The position numbers and the translations under genes were made by a program. Shown here one piece after another: positions 25,537 to 35,716 of a DNA stretch of 56,088 nt (position 1 is the stretch's first letter; every line of letters starts with the position of its first letter). Source of the stretch: Candidatus Omnitrophota bacterium (GTDB lineage Bacteria > Omnitrophota > Omnitrophia > Omnitrophales > Aquincolibacteriaceae); assembly GCA_043821445.1 (NCBI GenBank), contig JBDRCT010000012.1, forward strand, positions 1-56,088. Direction: 5' to 3'. Below the pieces are notes generated by a model. That model was not told where the DNA came from, ran no database searches, and worked only from the letters and a program-made list of their open reading frames with translations.

Positions 25537-26355
25537 ATGGAAAAGCTTTCCATAGAACAACTTAAGGCGAGAGCAAAATTAGTTCGTCGCCACATCGTTG
25601 AGATGACAGGGGCCGCGGCTTCGGGGCATCCCGGCGGCTCTCTCTCCGCCACCGACATACTGGTAGCTCTCTATTCCAACCTCATGGAGCACAATCCCCA
25701 AGACCCGCGATGGCCGGACCGTGACCGATTGGTCCTCAGCAAAGGGCACGCTTCGCCCGCTCTTTATGCCACTCTCGCCGAATCCGGGTATTTTGATCCC
25801 AAGACCCTTACGGACTTCCGCAAGCTTGGTAGTCCATTGCAAGGGCATCCGGACCGGCGCAAACTTCCCGGGGTGGAGGCTTCCACCGGATCGCTCGGGC
25901 AGGGTCTTTCGATGGGGATCGGCATGGCGCTTGCGCGGCGTTTAGATAATAAAAGTTACTACACCTATGTTATCACAAGCGACGGAGAGATGAACGAGGG
26001 CCAGACCTGGGAAGCGGCCGCGATGGCCGCGCATCACAAGGTCGATCATTTGATCGCATTTTTGGATTACAACAAATTCCAGCTCGATGATTCCACAAAG
26101 AATATCTGCGACATGGAACCTGTCGTTAAAAAGTGGAAGGCTTTCCGTTGGCATACGTTTGAGATCAATGGGCACGATGTCAAACAGATCCTTAACGCGG
26201 TGAAAAAAGCCAAAAAGATCCGGGGGCGACCGGTTATGATCATCGCGCATACGATCAAGGGCAAGGGCGTTTCCTTCATGGAAGGGAACAACGCTTTCCA
26301 CGGCGTTGCACCGACCCCGGATGAAGTGAAGCGTGCCCTGGAAGAATTGAAATAA
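25537..26355 (+). CDS. Transketolase, N-terminal (TPP-binding) subunit
   Basis: GHPGGSLS, DRLVLSKGHA, STGSLGQG, DGEMNEGQTWEA and TIKGKG. Confidence 0.95.
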   Translation: MEKLSIEQLKARAKLVRRHIVEMTGAAASGHPGGSLSATDILVALYSNLMEHNPQDPRWPDRDRLVLSKGHASPALYATLAESGYFDPKTLTDFRKLGSPLQGHPDRRKLPGVEASTGSLGQGLSMGIGMALARRLDNKSYYTYVITSDGEMNEGQTWEAAAMAAHHKVDHLIAFLDYNKFQLDDSTKNICDMEPVVKKWKAFRWHTFEINGHDVKQILNAVKKAKKIRGRPVMIIAHTIKGKGVSFMEGNNAFHGVAPTPDEVKRALEELK

Positions 26356-26358
26356 ACC

Positions 26359-26443
26359 GAAAGTGTTGAAACTTTAAAGTGTCAAAGTGTCAAGGTATCA
26401 GAAAAAACGCGTTGTCACCTTGACACTCTGATACCCTGACACG
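26359..26443. repeat. Octamer-periodic inverted repeat, AAGTGTCA/TGACAC family
   Basis: Second copy at about 25351-25439; the two copies flank the transketolase N-subunit gene. Confidence 0.75.
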
Positions 26444-26467
26444 TCTTTTAAAGAGGGATTTCAAGAG

Positions 26468-27409
26468 ATGGAAAAGAAACTGGGCAAAGCCACGCGGGAC
26501 GCTTATGGGGAGACGCTTGTCGAGATCGGCAAAATGAATCCGGATGTGGTTGCGCTAGATGCGGATCTTTCCAAATCCACGAAGTCCGCTCTCTTTTCCG
26601 AGAAATTCCCGGAGCGGTTCTTTAACGTCGGAATCCAGGAAGCGAACCTGGTGGGAGTGGCCGCAGGGCTTGCCTCCTGCGGGAAGATCCCTTTTATCTC
26701 CAGTTTTGCGTCCTTTTTGGTCAGCAAGGGCTTCGATCAATTCCGCATGGGCGTTGCGTTCTCAGAACTCAACGTGAAGGTGGTCGGTTCCCACGGCGGT
26801 ATTACAGTCGGGGAAGACGGCGCTTCGCAGATGGCGATCGAGGATGTCGCTCTGATGACGAGCCTTCCGGGTTTTGTGGTGATGGTCCCGAGTGATGAGA
26901 TCTCCACGCGGGCATTGGTCTTTGAGGTCGCAAAGCATTCCGGCCCTGTTTATATTCGCACATGCAGACCGAAAGCACCGGTCGTCCATCAAAACGGTAC
27001 GGATTTCAAGATCGGGAAAGGGGTCCGGTTGCGTGAAGGCAAGGACCTGACGATCCTCGCTAACGGTTTGGAAGTTTTCGAAGCGCTTGAAGCGGCGGAG
27101 CGTCTCGCCGAAGACGGCATCAGCGCGAGCGTCATTGATATGCATACCGTGAAGCCGCTGGATACCGAACTCCTCCTGGAAGAGGCCAAGCGGACCGGGC
27201 ATGTTCTCGTCGCAGAAGAGCACCAGATCTGGGGCGGTCTCGGCAGCGCGGTCGCGACCTTCCTCGCAAAGAAACATCCTTGCAAGATGGGTTTTGTGGC
27301 CATTCAAGACACCTTTGCGGAGTCCGGCAAGGCGGAAGAACTTTTGGAAAAGTACGGTCTCACCCATCCCCATATTGTCAAAGCCGCGAAAAAGATCCTG
27401 GGCCGCTAA
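26468..27409 (+). CDS. Transketolase, C-terminal subunit
   Basis: ATRDAYG, DADLSKST, GIQEANL, GEDGASQ and EEHQIWGGLG. Confidence 0.95.
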   Translation: MEKKLGKATRDAYGETLVEIGKMNPDVVALDADLSKSTKSALFSEKFPERFFNVGIQEANLVGVAAGLASCGKIPFISSFASFLVSKGFDQFRMGVAFSELNVKVVGSHGGITVGEDGASQMAIEDVALMTSLPGFVVMVPSDEISTRALVFEVAKHSGPVYIRTCRPKAPVVHQNGTDFKIGKGVRLREGKDLTILANGLEVFEALEAAERLAEDGISASVIDMHTVKPLDTELLLEEAKRTGHVLVAEEHQIWGGLGSAVATFLAKKHPCKMGFVAIQDTFAESGKAEELLEKYGLTHPHIVKAAKKILGR

Positions 27410-27444
27410 AACACGCACGCGTTTCGAATTTCCGGGGTTCTAAA

Positions 27445-29139
27445 ATGTTCTTCAAAAAAACTCTCACCCTTTTTTGGAGCTTCTCGCTTTTTTCTTTGGG
27501 TATTTTCTCTTCTCTTCAGGCTGCTACGGGCGAAAAAGCCATGGTCATCAGTCCGGACCTCCGTGCAACACAAGCCGCTTTGGAAGTATTGAAGCAGGGT
27601 GGGAACGCGGTGGACGCGGCCGTCGCCGCACAATGGATGCTGAACGTGGTTGGGCCGCAGGCTTCGGGGATCGGGGGTGGCGGCTTTTTTCTTTTTTATG
27701 ACATCGGCACGAGACGTATTCTTTCTTTCGATGGAAGTGTCAAGGCCCCTGCAAAAGCCTTCCCCGAGATGTTCCTTGATGAAAATAAAATCCCCCGTCC
27801 TTACCAGCCCGAACGAAATACAGGCGGGCTTCCGGTCGGTGTTCCTGGACTGTTAAAGCTCATGGAAGAAGTTCATGCCAAATACGGGACTCATAAGTTT
27901 CCTTTTGCGAAATTGATGGAAACGGCCATTCAGCAGGCGGAAGAAGGGGCGGAAGTATCCGCGGTCCTGGCTCGGGCGCTTCGAGAAAATACCGAGAGGC
28001 TAGAGCTTTTGGATCCCCCAAAGGAAGTTTTTTCCAAAAACGGCGTTCTTTTTGAAGAAGGACAAAAATTCTCCCAGCCCGAACTTGCAAAAGCTCTGCG
28101 TCTGATCCAGGCTAAAGGGGCGAAGGTTTTTTATGAAGGCGCGATTGCAAACGCGATCGCGCGCGCCGTCTACAAAAACGTTTATAGCGCGGGTCTGTTA
28201 AGCAGAAGGGATCTTGAAGATTATACGATTGCGACGCGCGACCCTGTTCATGCGACTTACCAGGGATACGATCTTTTTAGCGCGGGACCTCCGGCAGATG
28301 GGGGCGTGATGTTGTTCCGCGGACTCAACCTTCTTTCCCATTTCGGTCTTCCCGGCCTCGGACAGGTTCCGGAGACCTATCATCTTCTCGGAGAAACACA
28401 AAAGATCGCTTTTTCGAACCGTTCAGGAGTGGCCGACCCGGATCTTTTTGATATCCCGCTCGAAAAACTCCTTTCGGAAGCGTGGGTACAAGACCGGATG
28501 AACGCCATCCAATTCGATCAAATTTTAAAGTCGGATGAAATGACAGTGGAAGGGCCGGAGGAAGGGAAGAAGCGCGTCGGTTCTTCGATCATCGTTGTGG
28601 ACCCGCAAGGAAACATCGTGATCCTCACGGCGACTCTCGGAGACGAGTTCGGTTCGGCGTTGAGAGTGCCGGGCTACGGTTTTTTCCTTAACGACCTCCT
28701 CACTGATTTTATCGCGGATCCATCATCCGTTAAGGATCCAGATTCGGCAGCAATCATTTCCGGAGGACAAAGACCGCGCGGACCGGAAGCGCCTGTATTC
28801 ATTTTCAGAGATGGAAGGCCTTCTCTTTTGCTGGATGCTTACGGTTCGGACGACCCGGCGGCCGTGCTTTTGAACGTGGTGGTGCAGAAGATCGATCTTG
28901 GAGCGTCCTGTTCCGGAGCCGTGGGGTCCCCAAGGCTTTTGGTCCGGGGCAGGGCCCTTCGCATGGAGTCCGGACTTTATGACCAGGAGATGATCCGATT
29001 GAAGCTGGCTCTTTTTGGGCATGATATCGAGAAAGAAGATCCGGTCGGATTTGCGCAAATAGTTTGTTTTGACAGGGGTTCTGGTAGAATAGAGGGCAGC
29101 AGCGATCCCAGGGGGAATGGAGAAGCCGCTGGTTTTTGA
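27445..29139 (+). CDS. Gamma-glutamyltransferase-family protein, probably catalytically inactive
   Basis: GGNAVDAAVA, SGIGGGGF, VGVPG and GSSDPRG; signal peptide; nucleophile Thr and substrate motifs replaced. Confidence 0.85.
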   Translation: MFFKKTLTLFWSFSLFSLGIFSSLQAATGEKAMVISPDLRATQAALEVLKQGGNAVDAAVAAQWMLNVVGPQASGIGGGGFFLFYDIGTRRILSFDGSVKAPAKAFPEMFLDENKIPRPYQPERNTGGLPVGVPGLLKLMEEVHAKYGTHKFPFAKLMETAIQQAEEGAEVSAVLARALRENTERLELLDPPKEVFSKNGVLFEEGQKFSQPELAKALRLIQAKGAKVFYEGAIANAIARAVYKNVYSAGLLSRRDLEDYTIATRDPVHATYQGYDLFSAGPPADGGVMLFRGLNLLSHFGLPGLGQVPETYHLLGETQKIAFSNRSGVADPDLFDIPLEKLLSEAWVQDRMNAIQFDQILKSDEMTVEGPEEGKKRVGSSIIVVDPQGNIVILTATLGDEFGSALRVPGYGFFLNDLLTDFIADPSSVKDPDSAAIISGGQRPRGPEAPVFIFRDGRPSLLLDAYGSDDPAAVLLNVVVQKIDLGASCSGAVGSPRLLVRGRALRMESGLYDQEMIRLKLALFGHDIEKEDPVGFAQIVCFDRGSGRIEGSSDPRGNGEAAGF

Positions 29140-29689
29140 TCGCATATCGAAGGTGGGCACGGAATTTGTGGGGAGGGGAAATATGATCCTGCATAAAGGC
29201 AAATATCTCGATCTGATCTGCGAGGATAATTGGGAGTACGTCAAACGGACCCATTGCAACGGCATCGTGATTATTGTACCGATGACCAAGGATGGAAGGG
29301 TCATTTTGGTCGAACAGTTCAGGAGACCCGTCGAAGCCCAGGTGATCGAATGGCCCGCGGGACTCGTGAACGACAAGACGTCGCACCCTTCCGAGACGCT
29401 GGAGGCGGCCGCCCGGCGCGAACTTCTGGAGGAAACGGGCTATGAGGCGGAGCATTTGTCACTTTTGGTGGGGGGGCCCGTCTCAAGCGGTTTGAGTTCC
29501 GAGATCATCACTTTCTTTCAGGCTTTGGACGTGGTCAAAAAAGGTTCCGGAGGCGGAGACACCACGGAGTCGATCAAAGTCCACGAAGTGCCGCTCAAGG
29601 AAGCGGATCTTTGGCTTTATGAGATGGAACAAAAAGGATTTCTTGTGGACCCGAAGGTCTATGTGGGATTGTATTTCTTAAAACATTAA
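29117..29689 (+). CDS. NUDIX hydrolase (ADP-ribose pyrophosphatase-like)
   Basis: VEQFRRP...EWPAGL...AARRELLEETGY Nudix box; start may be 29183. Confidence 0.88.
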   Translation: MEKPLVFDRISKVGTEFVGRGNMILHKGKYLDLICEDNWEYVKRTHCNGIVIIVPMTKDGRVILVEQFRRPVEAQVIEWPAGLVNDKTSHPSETLEAAARRELLEETGYEAEHLSLLVGGPVSSGLSSEIITFFQALDVVKKGSGGGDTTESIKVHEVPLKEADLWLYEMEQKGFLVDPKVYVGLYFLKH

Positions 29690-29699
29690 GGATTTTAAA

Positions 29700-30134
29700 A
29701 TGGCTGACATCACGATCTATCAAAAACCGTCCTGCACGACCTGCAAAGAGGTCTTTCAGATCTTAAAAGAAGCGAACGCGGATTTTGACGCGGTGGATTA
29801 TTTCACCGACCCGATCCCCAAAGCGAGGTTCAGGGAACTCATTCAAAAAATAGGGCTGCCGGTCGAGGCACTGATCCGCAAAAAAGACCAGCTCTACTCG
29901 GACCTCCGGCTTGGTGAAAAGCAACTCACCGAAGACCAATGGTTGGACCTTTTGGCGATCTATCCCGATCTTCTTCAGCGCCCCATTGTGGAAAGAGGCG
30001 ACAAAGCGATCGTCGCGAGACCGGCCAGAAAGATCCGCGAATTTTTGGCACCCTCTGTCCCTGCGAATGCGCTTGAATCCGGAGCAGTACAGGACGCTCA
30101 AAACGTAACGGAAAAGCCGAATGACACATGCTGA
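29700..30134 (+). CDS. ArsC/Spx family protein
   Basis: IYQKPSCTTC and LLQRPIV. Confidence 0.85.
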   Translation: MADITIYQKPSCTTCKEVFQILKEANADFDAVDYFTDPIPKARFRELIQKIGLPVEALIRKKDQLYSDLRLGEKQLTEDQWLDLLAIYPDLLQRPIVERGDKAIVARPARKIREFLAPSVPANALESGAVQDAQNVTEKPNDTC

Positions 30135-30199
30135 GCGTTGCCTGACGCACATTTTTCAGATAAGATGCTTTTAATTTATTAACAAAATAGGAGGTTCCC

Positions 30200-30886
30200 A
30201 TGGACGATCCCAAAAATCAGCCATTCTCATATTCCCAGGAAGCTGTTTTCTCAAATTTCATGCAGCGGGTATATCAATGGATGGCCATGGGACTCGCGCT
30301 TACAGGTCTTGCGGCTTTTGTCACGCTCGGCAACCCCGCACTGCTGCGATTTCTCTTGCATGGCGGAATGTGGCTTCTCTTCATTGCGGAGCTCGTTTTG
30401 GTCATCTGGCTTTCCGCAAGCATCCGGAAGATCTCGGCCCAGGCGGCGACCCTTGGATTTCTGGCTTATTCCGTCCTAAATGGTATTACGCTGTCGAGCA
30501 TCTTTCTCGTCTACACTGCCGCATCGATCTCCTCGACCTTTTTTATCACGGCCATGACGTTCGCGGGCGTGAGTCTGTACGGTTGGGTGACCAAGCAGGA
30601 TCTGACCTCGGTCGGAAGTTTTTGCGGGATGGCCCTTTGGGGTGTGATCATTGCCAGCATCGTGAATATGTTCTTTCATGCGCCGGCTTTTAACTGGATC
30701 GTTTCCTATTTCGGCGTCGCGGTTTTTATCGGTTTGACAGCTTACGATACGCAGAGGCTCAAGGCGATCCATCAGAACATGTCGAACGCACCGGAACAGC
30801 TGGCGATCTTTGGGGCGCTGATGCTTTATCTGGACTTCATCAACATGTTCCTGTTTCTTCTGCGCATTTTCGGAAGAAGACAATAA
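30200..30886 (+). CDS. Bax inhibitor-1/YccA family membrane protein
   Basis: FMQRVYQWM, LTAYDTQRLK and ALMLYLDFINMF; GGAGG RBS. Confidence 0.92.
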   Translation: MDDPKNQPFSYSQEAVFSNFMQRVYQWMAMGLALTGLAAFVTLGNPALLRFLLHGGMWLLFIAELVLVIWLSASIRKISAQAATLGFLAYSVLNGITLSSIFLVYTAASISSTFFITAMTFAGVSLYGWVTKQDLTSVGSFCGMALWGVIIASIVNMFFHAPAFNWIVSYFGVAVFIGLTAYDTQRLKAIHQNMSNAPEQLAIFGALMLYLDFINMFLFLLRIFGRRQ

Positions 30887-30967
30887 TTTAAAAAAATCTC
30901 AACTGGATCCTATGCCTTTTCAACTGTCACGCGGTACTCCGTACGGCGTACGGCGTACGGAGAATAA

Positions 30968-31720
30968 ATGATCGACGTTCAATCACTCACCATGCGTTAT
31001 GGCCCGGCGATCGCGCTGGAAAACGTTTCCTTTCAGGCGAATCCGGGCGAGGTCCTGGGGCTTCTCGGCCCCAACGGGGCGGGAAAGACGACCGCTATGA
31101 GGATCCTTACGACCTATCTTTATCCTTCCTCCGGAACCGCAAAAGTCGACGGGTTCGACATCCTTGAAGATCCCATCGAGGTCCGTAAGCACATCGGCTA
31201 TCTGCCCGAGACGGTCCCGCTTTACGGCGATATGCGGGTTGATGAATATTTAACGTTTGTGGGCAAGGCGCGTGAGCTTCAAGGAGTCCCACTCGCGGAA
31301 CGGCTCGCGTGGGTTCAAAATGCCTGTCAGCTCAGGCCCGTTTGGAAACATCTTTTATGCGAACTTTCCAAAGGGTATGGTCAAAGGGTGGGGCTTGCGC
31401 AAGCTTTGATCCATGATCCTAAAGTTCTCATCCTGGATGAACCCACTTCGGGGTTGGACCCGATCCAGATTATCGCGATTCGCTCACTCGTGAAAAGCCT
31501 TGCCAAGGAAAAAACCGTCGTTTTTTCCACGCATATCCTGCAGGAGGTCGAAGCCCTGGCCGATCGTATCGTGATCATCAATGAAGGAAAGCTTGTAGCG
31601 CAGGGCACGAAGCAGGAATTGGCAGAAAAAGTCCAAGGCTCCGGGAAAGCGGCGCGGGACCTGAGCTTGGAAGAGATCTTTATCCAGTTGCTTATGCCCC
31701 CACAGGAAGTGAGCGTATGA
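30968..31720 (+). CDS. ABC transporter ATP-binding protein (GldA-like)
   Basis: GPNGAGKTT, LSKGYGQRVGLAQA and ILDEPTSGLDP. Confidence 0.92.
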   Translation: MIDVQSLTMRYGPAIALENVSFQANPGEVLGLLGPNGAGKTTAMRILTTYLYPSSGTAKVDGFDILEDPIEVRKHIGYLPETVPLYGDMRVDEYLTFVGKARELQGVPLAERLAWVQNACQLRPVWKHLLCELSKGYGQRVGLAQALIHDPKVLILDEPTSGLDPIQIIAIRSLVKSLAKEKTVVFSTHILQEVEALADRIVIINEGKLVAQGTKQELAEKVQGSGKAARDLSLEEIFIQLLMPPQEVSV

Positions 31721-34224
31721 GAAAACGCTCCAAGCTTCTCGTGATCCTGAGCAGGGAACTCGCGGCCTATTTCAATTCTCCCATTGCTTATATCTTCATG
31801 ATCATCTTCACGCTCCTGAACGGTGGGCTTTTCATGACACAATTTTTTCTCATCGGCCGCGCGGATATGCGGGCCTTCTTCTACACGCTCCCGTTCTTTC
31901 TCTCAGTCTTTTTGCCGGCGGTTTCCATGCGTCTCTGGGCCGAAGAAAAACGCGGAAATACGCAGGAGTTGCTTCTGACCTTTCCCATACAATCTCATGA
32001 ACTGGTACTCGGGAAATTCTTTGCAAGTTTCCTTTTCTACCTTATTGCGCTCGCCTGCACGTTCCCGATCCCGGTGAGGCTGGCCGCGCTCGGCCGACCG
32101 GATGTCGGCGTGATCTTGAGCGGCTATATCGGTGCGGCGTTTCTGGGCGGGTTCTTTCTGGCGATCGGGACGCTTGTGTCGGGTTTTTACCGGGACCAGA
32201 TCGTCGCGTTCATCCTTTCTATGATGATCTGCTTCGGGCTTTATCTTACGGGTACGGAATTTGTGGCCTCTTCCATCGACGGGTGGGTCGGGGGACTCGG
32301 GACCTTTCTCCGGCATTTCCTCGGCTCCGCGGACCATTACGTTACGTTCGCAAAAGGAGTGATCGATAACCGTGACGTGCTTTATTTCGGGGTCGGCAGT
32401 GCGGTAGCGCTTGTGCTGAACGGGTTTTGGATCGAAGGACGGATGCGGCCCAAGGCCGCATCGATCTTCACGACAGCGGCGCTGATCTTAGCCGGGATCT
32501 TCCTTTTGAGCAATTGGCTCGTCGCGGGGGTCCCTCTCGGTCGTTTCGATATGAGCGAAGGCCAGACCTACACGATCTCTCCGGCGACCCGGAAGATCCT
32601 GAGAAGCCTCCCATCGCCTGTCACCGTCAAGTTCTACGTGTCTTCCGTGGACAAAATGCCGACCGCCATGAAAACGCTTGAGCAGGACGCGCGCGACAAA
32701 CTGGAAGAACTTCGCGCCGTATCCGAAGGCCATTTTCAGTACCAGGTCTTTCACATGGATGCCGCGACCGCGGTTGAGGGGGCAAAAAAAGAGGACACGC
32801 TGGAAGAGCGGCTTTCCAAGAAGGGTATCCAGCCTTTCCGTGTCGAGTCCATCCAATCCGACGAAGTAGGGGTCCGTCTTATTTATTCCGGGGTCGTGAT
32901 CTCCTACAAGGAAAAGCCTGAGGAAGTCCTGCCGCAGATCCATCCCGGAAATCTCGACGATCTGGAGTACGCCATTATTTCCAAGCTTTATCGCATGACC
33001 CTCCCTGAGATCCCGAAGATCGCGCTCATGGCGCCTTACAAGGAACGCATGGTCGATCCCAATCTTATGATGTTGCTCCAGCAGCTCGGGGGACAGGTCC
33101 CGTCGAGCTACCGGGACGATCCTTACGAATATCTTCAGTTCGGGCTCGAATCCGAGGGATATCCGGTGGCGCGCATTTCGCTGAATGAGAAGTTTAGAAT
33201 TCCGGAAGGAACGAAGACGCTCGCGGTGGTCCAGCCGGACCGATTGAGCGAGTGGCAGAAGTATGAGATCAACCGCTTCCTTTGCCAAGGAGGTTCTGTT
33301 TTTATGGCGGTGCAGAATTACGAGTACAATTATAAACCTCAGGAATCGGGCTCCGTCGAGCTCGTTCCGAGCGAAAAAACCCCGGCCGTGAACGATCTGC
33401 TCTCGGCCTGGGGGTTCCAGGTCGACACAAGTATTCTGGCGGATGAACAAAGCGAGGCCATCTCTGTCATGGGGAGCGGGCGCTCCGGACTTCTGGGAGT
33501 CTCCTTTCCGATCAAATTGCCGATCCAGATCCTTTTGACGGATTCCGAGATGAACACGCAAACTTCGATCACCGCGCGTCTTTCGGCGTTCTTTTATCTT
33601 TGGGGCAGCACGATCACGATCGATGAGAAGAAGATCCAAGCGCAAGGGCTCAAGGTGCAGACCTTGCTTCACTCCAGCAAACGTTCCTGGACCGTGCCGT
33701 TCAAGCCGGGGAGCCTGATGCCCCAGGCGCTGGAGCGCAACGCACAGAGCGTTTCGGGGCCGTTCCCGTTGGCGGTGTTGGCCGAAGGACAATTCGCGAA
33801 CGCATTTAAGAATAAGAAAGTCCCGGAATGGACCCCGGAGGCATCTGCCGGCGCGGAAGCCCCCCAGCCCTCGGAAGAAGTGAAAAAAGAAACAACGCCC
33901 GAGCCTCTCCGGCCAAAGCCGGGGAAGCTTTTGCTGATCGGCGCGGCGATTCCTTTTCAAAAACAGCTCATGCAGAATGGCGGGCATCTGAACTTTTTTC
34001 TGAATGCCACGGATGTCTTAACGCTGGGAGATGCCTTGATCGGTATCCGTTCGAAAGGACAGGTGAGCCGCGCGCTTCCCAAGGTTTCGGCCCCGGCGAA
34101 AGTGGCATGGCGGCTCTTTGTCATGTTCCTGGTGCCGGTCCTTATCGCCCTTGCGGGTTTTGGACGGGCGTACATGCGCCATCGGACCAAACAGCTCTAT
34201 CTGAAAAGCTTGACCGTCTCTTAA
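31717..34224 (+). CDS. Fused ABC-2 permease (GldF-like) and GldG-like auxiliary domain
   Basis: RELAAYFNSPIAY and SMRLWAEEKR..TQELLLT, then RFDMSEGQTYTISPAT; C-terminal TM. Confidence 0.85.
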   Translation: MRKRSKLLVILSRELAAYFNSPIAYIFMIIFTLLNGGLFMTQFFLIGRADMRAFFYTLPFFLSVFLPAVSMRLWAEEKRGNTQELLLTFPIQSHELVLGKFFASFLFYLIALACTFPIPVRLAALGRPDVGVILSGYIGAAFLGGFFLAIGTLVSGFYRDQIVAFILSMMICFGLYLTGTEFVASSIDGWVGGLGTFLRHFLGSADHYVTFAKGVIDNRDVLYFGVGSAVALVLNGFWIEGRMRPKAASIFTTAALILAGIFLLSNWLVAGVPLGRFDMSEGQTYTISPATRKILRSLPSPVTVKFYVSSVDKMPTAMKTLEQDARDKLEELRAVSEGHFQYQVFHMDAATAVEGAKKEDTLEERLSKKGIQPFRVESIQSDEVGVRLIYSGVVISYKEKPEEVLPQIHPGNLDDLEYAIISKLYRMTLPEIPKIALMAPYKERMVDPNLMMLLQQLGGQVPSSYRDDPYEYLQFGLESEGYPVARISLNEKFRIPEGTKTLAVVQPDRLSEWQKYEINRFLCQGGSVFMAVQNYEYNYKPQESGSVELVPSEKTPAVNDLLSAWGFQVDTSILADEQSEAISVMGSGRSGLLGVSFPIKLPIQILLTDSEMNTQTSITARLSAFFYLWGSTITIDEKKIQAQGLKVQTLLHSSKRSWTVPFKPGSLMPQALERNAQSVSGPFPLAVLAEGQFANAFKNKKVPEWTPEASAGAEAPQPSEEVKKETTPEPLRPKPGKLLLIGAAIPFQKQLMQNGGHLNFFLNATDVLTLGDALIGIRSKGQVSRALPKVSAPAKVAWRLFVMFLVPVLIALAGFGRAYMRHRTKQLYLKSLTVS

Positions 34225-34255
34225 GATCACTTGAGCAAAGCCCGGTTCAAATCCT

Positions 34256-35050
34256 ATGAAACAATATCTGGATCTTTTAAAACATATTCTTGATCACGGC
34301 ACCGAGAAGAAGGATCGCACCGGCACCGGGACGCTCAGCGCGTTCGGCTATCAAATGCGTTTTGATCTGGCCCGGGGGTTCCCGCTCCTTACCACCAAAA
34401 AGATCTATACCAAGGCCGTGATCTACGAGCTCCTTTGGCTGCTCCGTGGCGATACGAATATCAAGTTCCTGAAAGATAATGGCGTGACGATCTGGGACGA
34501 GTGGGCGGACGCCCACGGGGAGCTTGGGCCGGTGTATGGCGCTCAATGGCGTGCGTGGAAGCGCCCGGACGGCACTGTGGTGGATCAGATCTCGCAGGCC
34601 GTGGAGACGATCAAAAAAACTCCGGATAGCCGCCGGATCATCGTGAGCGCCTGGAATGCCGGAGAGATCGAGAAGATGAAGTTGCCGCCCTGCCACGCTT
34701 TTTTTCAGTTCTATGTGTTGAACGGGAAGCTTTCCTGCCAGCTTTATCAGCGCAGTGCCGATGTTTTCCTTGGCGTGCCGTTCAATATCGCCTCTTACGC
34801 GCTCTTGACCCTGATGATGGCGCAGGTCACAGGTCTTCAGCCCGGCGAATTCATTCACACCTTCGGAGACGTTCATATTTATTCGAATCACATGGAACAA
34901 GTGAAACTTCAGCTTTCACGCGAGCCGCGCCCCTTGCCGGACATGGTCCTAAATTCTGACATCAAAAGTATTTTTGATTTTCATTACGAAGACTTTTCGC
35001 TCAAACATTATGACCCGCATCCGGCGATCAAAGCGCCGGTCGCGGTTTGA
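34256..35050 (+). CDS. thyA: Thymidylate synthase
   Basis: [12 protein letters not shown] and [18 protein letters not shown]. Confidence 0.97.
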   Translation: MKQYLDLLKHILDHGTEKKDRTGTGTLSAFGYQMRFDLARGFPLLTTKKIYTKAVIYELLWLLRGDTNIKFLKDNGVTIWDEWADAHGELGPVYGAQWRAWKRPDGTVVDQISQAVETIKKTPDSRRIIVSAWNAGEIEKMKLPPCHAFFQFYVLNGKLSCQLYQRSADVFLGVPFNIASYALLTLMMAQVTGLQPGEFIHTFGDVHIYSNHMEQVKLQLSREPRPLPDMVLNSDIKSIFDFHYEDFSLKHYDPHPAIKAPVAV

Positions 35051-35148
35051 CAACCCGGAAGCAAGAAGCCAGAAGCAAAGAGGCATAGAAAATTTTTTTC
35101 TTGCTTCTTGATTCTTGCCTCCGTGTTTCTTTTAGAGAAGGATTGCTT

Positions 35149-35625
35149 ATGCTTTATCACATTGTCGCAGTAGCCAATCATCATGTCATCGGAAAGGGGA
35201 ATCAGCTTCCCTGGCATTTTTCCGTCGATCTACAGCATTTCAAGGCGATGACCATGGGTCAAACGGTGATCATGGGACTGAAGACATTTGAAAGCCTGGG
35301 CTGCAAGACCTTGCCCGGCCGCACGAATCTGATCTTGGACCGGAGCGGCCAAAAACCGTATCCGGGGCAGACTTTCTTTGCTTCCCTGGACGAGGCCTTG
35401 AAGAACGTTAAGACCGAGCATGCCTTTATCATCGGAGGGGCAGAGCTTTACCGGACCACGATCGATCGTGTGGATGCGATCTATCTGACCCGGATCCATG
35501 CCGATTACGAAGGGGACGTTCTTTATCCGGAGATCCCGCCTTCTTTTACAGAAATACGGCGGCATAAAATTCAAGAGAACCCAACGCTTGAAGTGATCTA
35601 CTATGAAAAGAAACAAGAAGCATAG
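35149..35625 (+). CDS. folA: Dihydrofolate reductase
   Basis: VIGKGNQLPW, DLQHFK, LPGRTN and IIGGAELY; adjacent to thyA. Confidence 0.93.
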   Translation: MLYHIVAVANHHVIGKGNQLPWHFSVDLQHFKAMTMGQTVIMGLKTFESLGCKTLPGRTNLILDRSGQKPYPGQTFFASLDEALKNVKTEHAFIIGGAELYRTTIDRVDAIYLTRIHADYEGDVLYPEIPPSFTEIRRHKIQENPTLEVIYYEKKQEA

Positions 35626-35680
35626 AAGCCAGAGGCAAAGATTTTTCTTTCCGTCTTTGCTTCTGGTCTCTTGCTTCTCC
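35608..35680. repeat. Heptamer-periodic inverted repeat, GCAAGAA/TTCTTGC family
   Basis: Other copies at about 35057-35122 and 36322-36387, in consecutive intergenic gaps. Confidence 0.75.
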
Positions 35681-35716
35681 ATTGATCTATGGGACGGCAA
35701 GTAAGGGAAATTTTCA

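Noticed and set aside
27280-27444. Upstream extensions of several ORFs (also 958-1032, 21231-21272 and 35101-35148)
   Set aside because: They overlap neighbouring genes or repeat elements; downstream starts fit the RBS, signal peptide or family N-terminus better.
32488-33987. Long antisense ORFs (also 45174-46616, 47783-48823, 54531-55475, 39403-40272 and 52172-53011)
   Set aside because: Shadow frames opposite well-supported genes, with no recognisable motifs.
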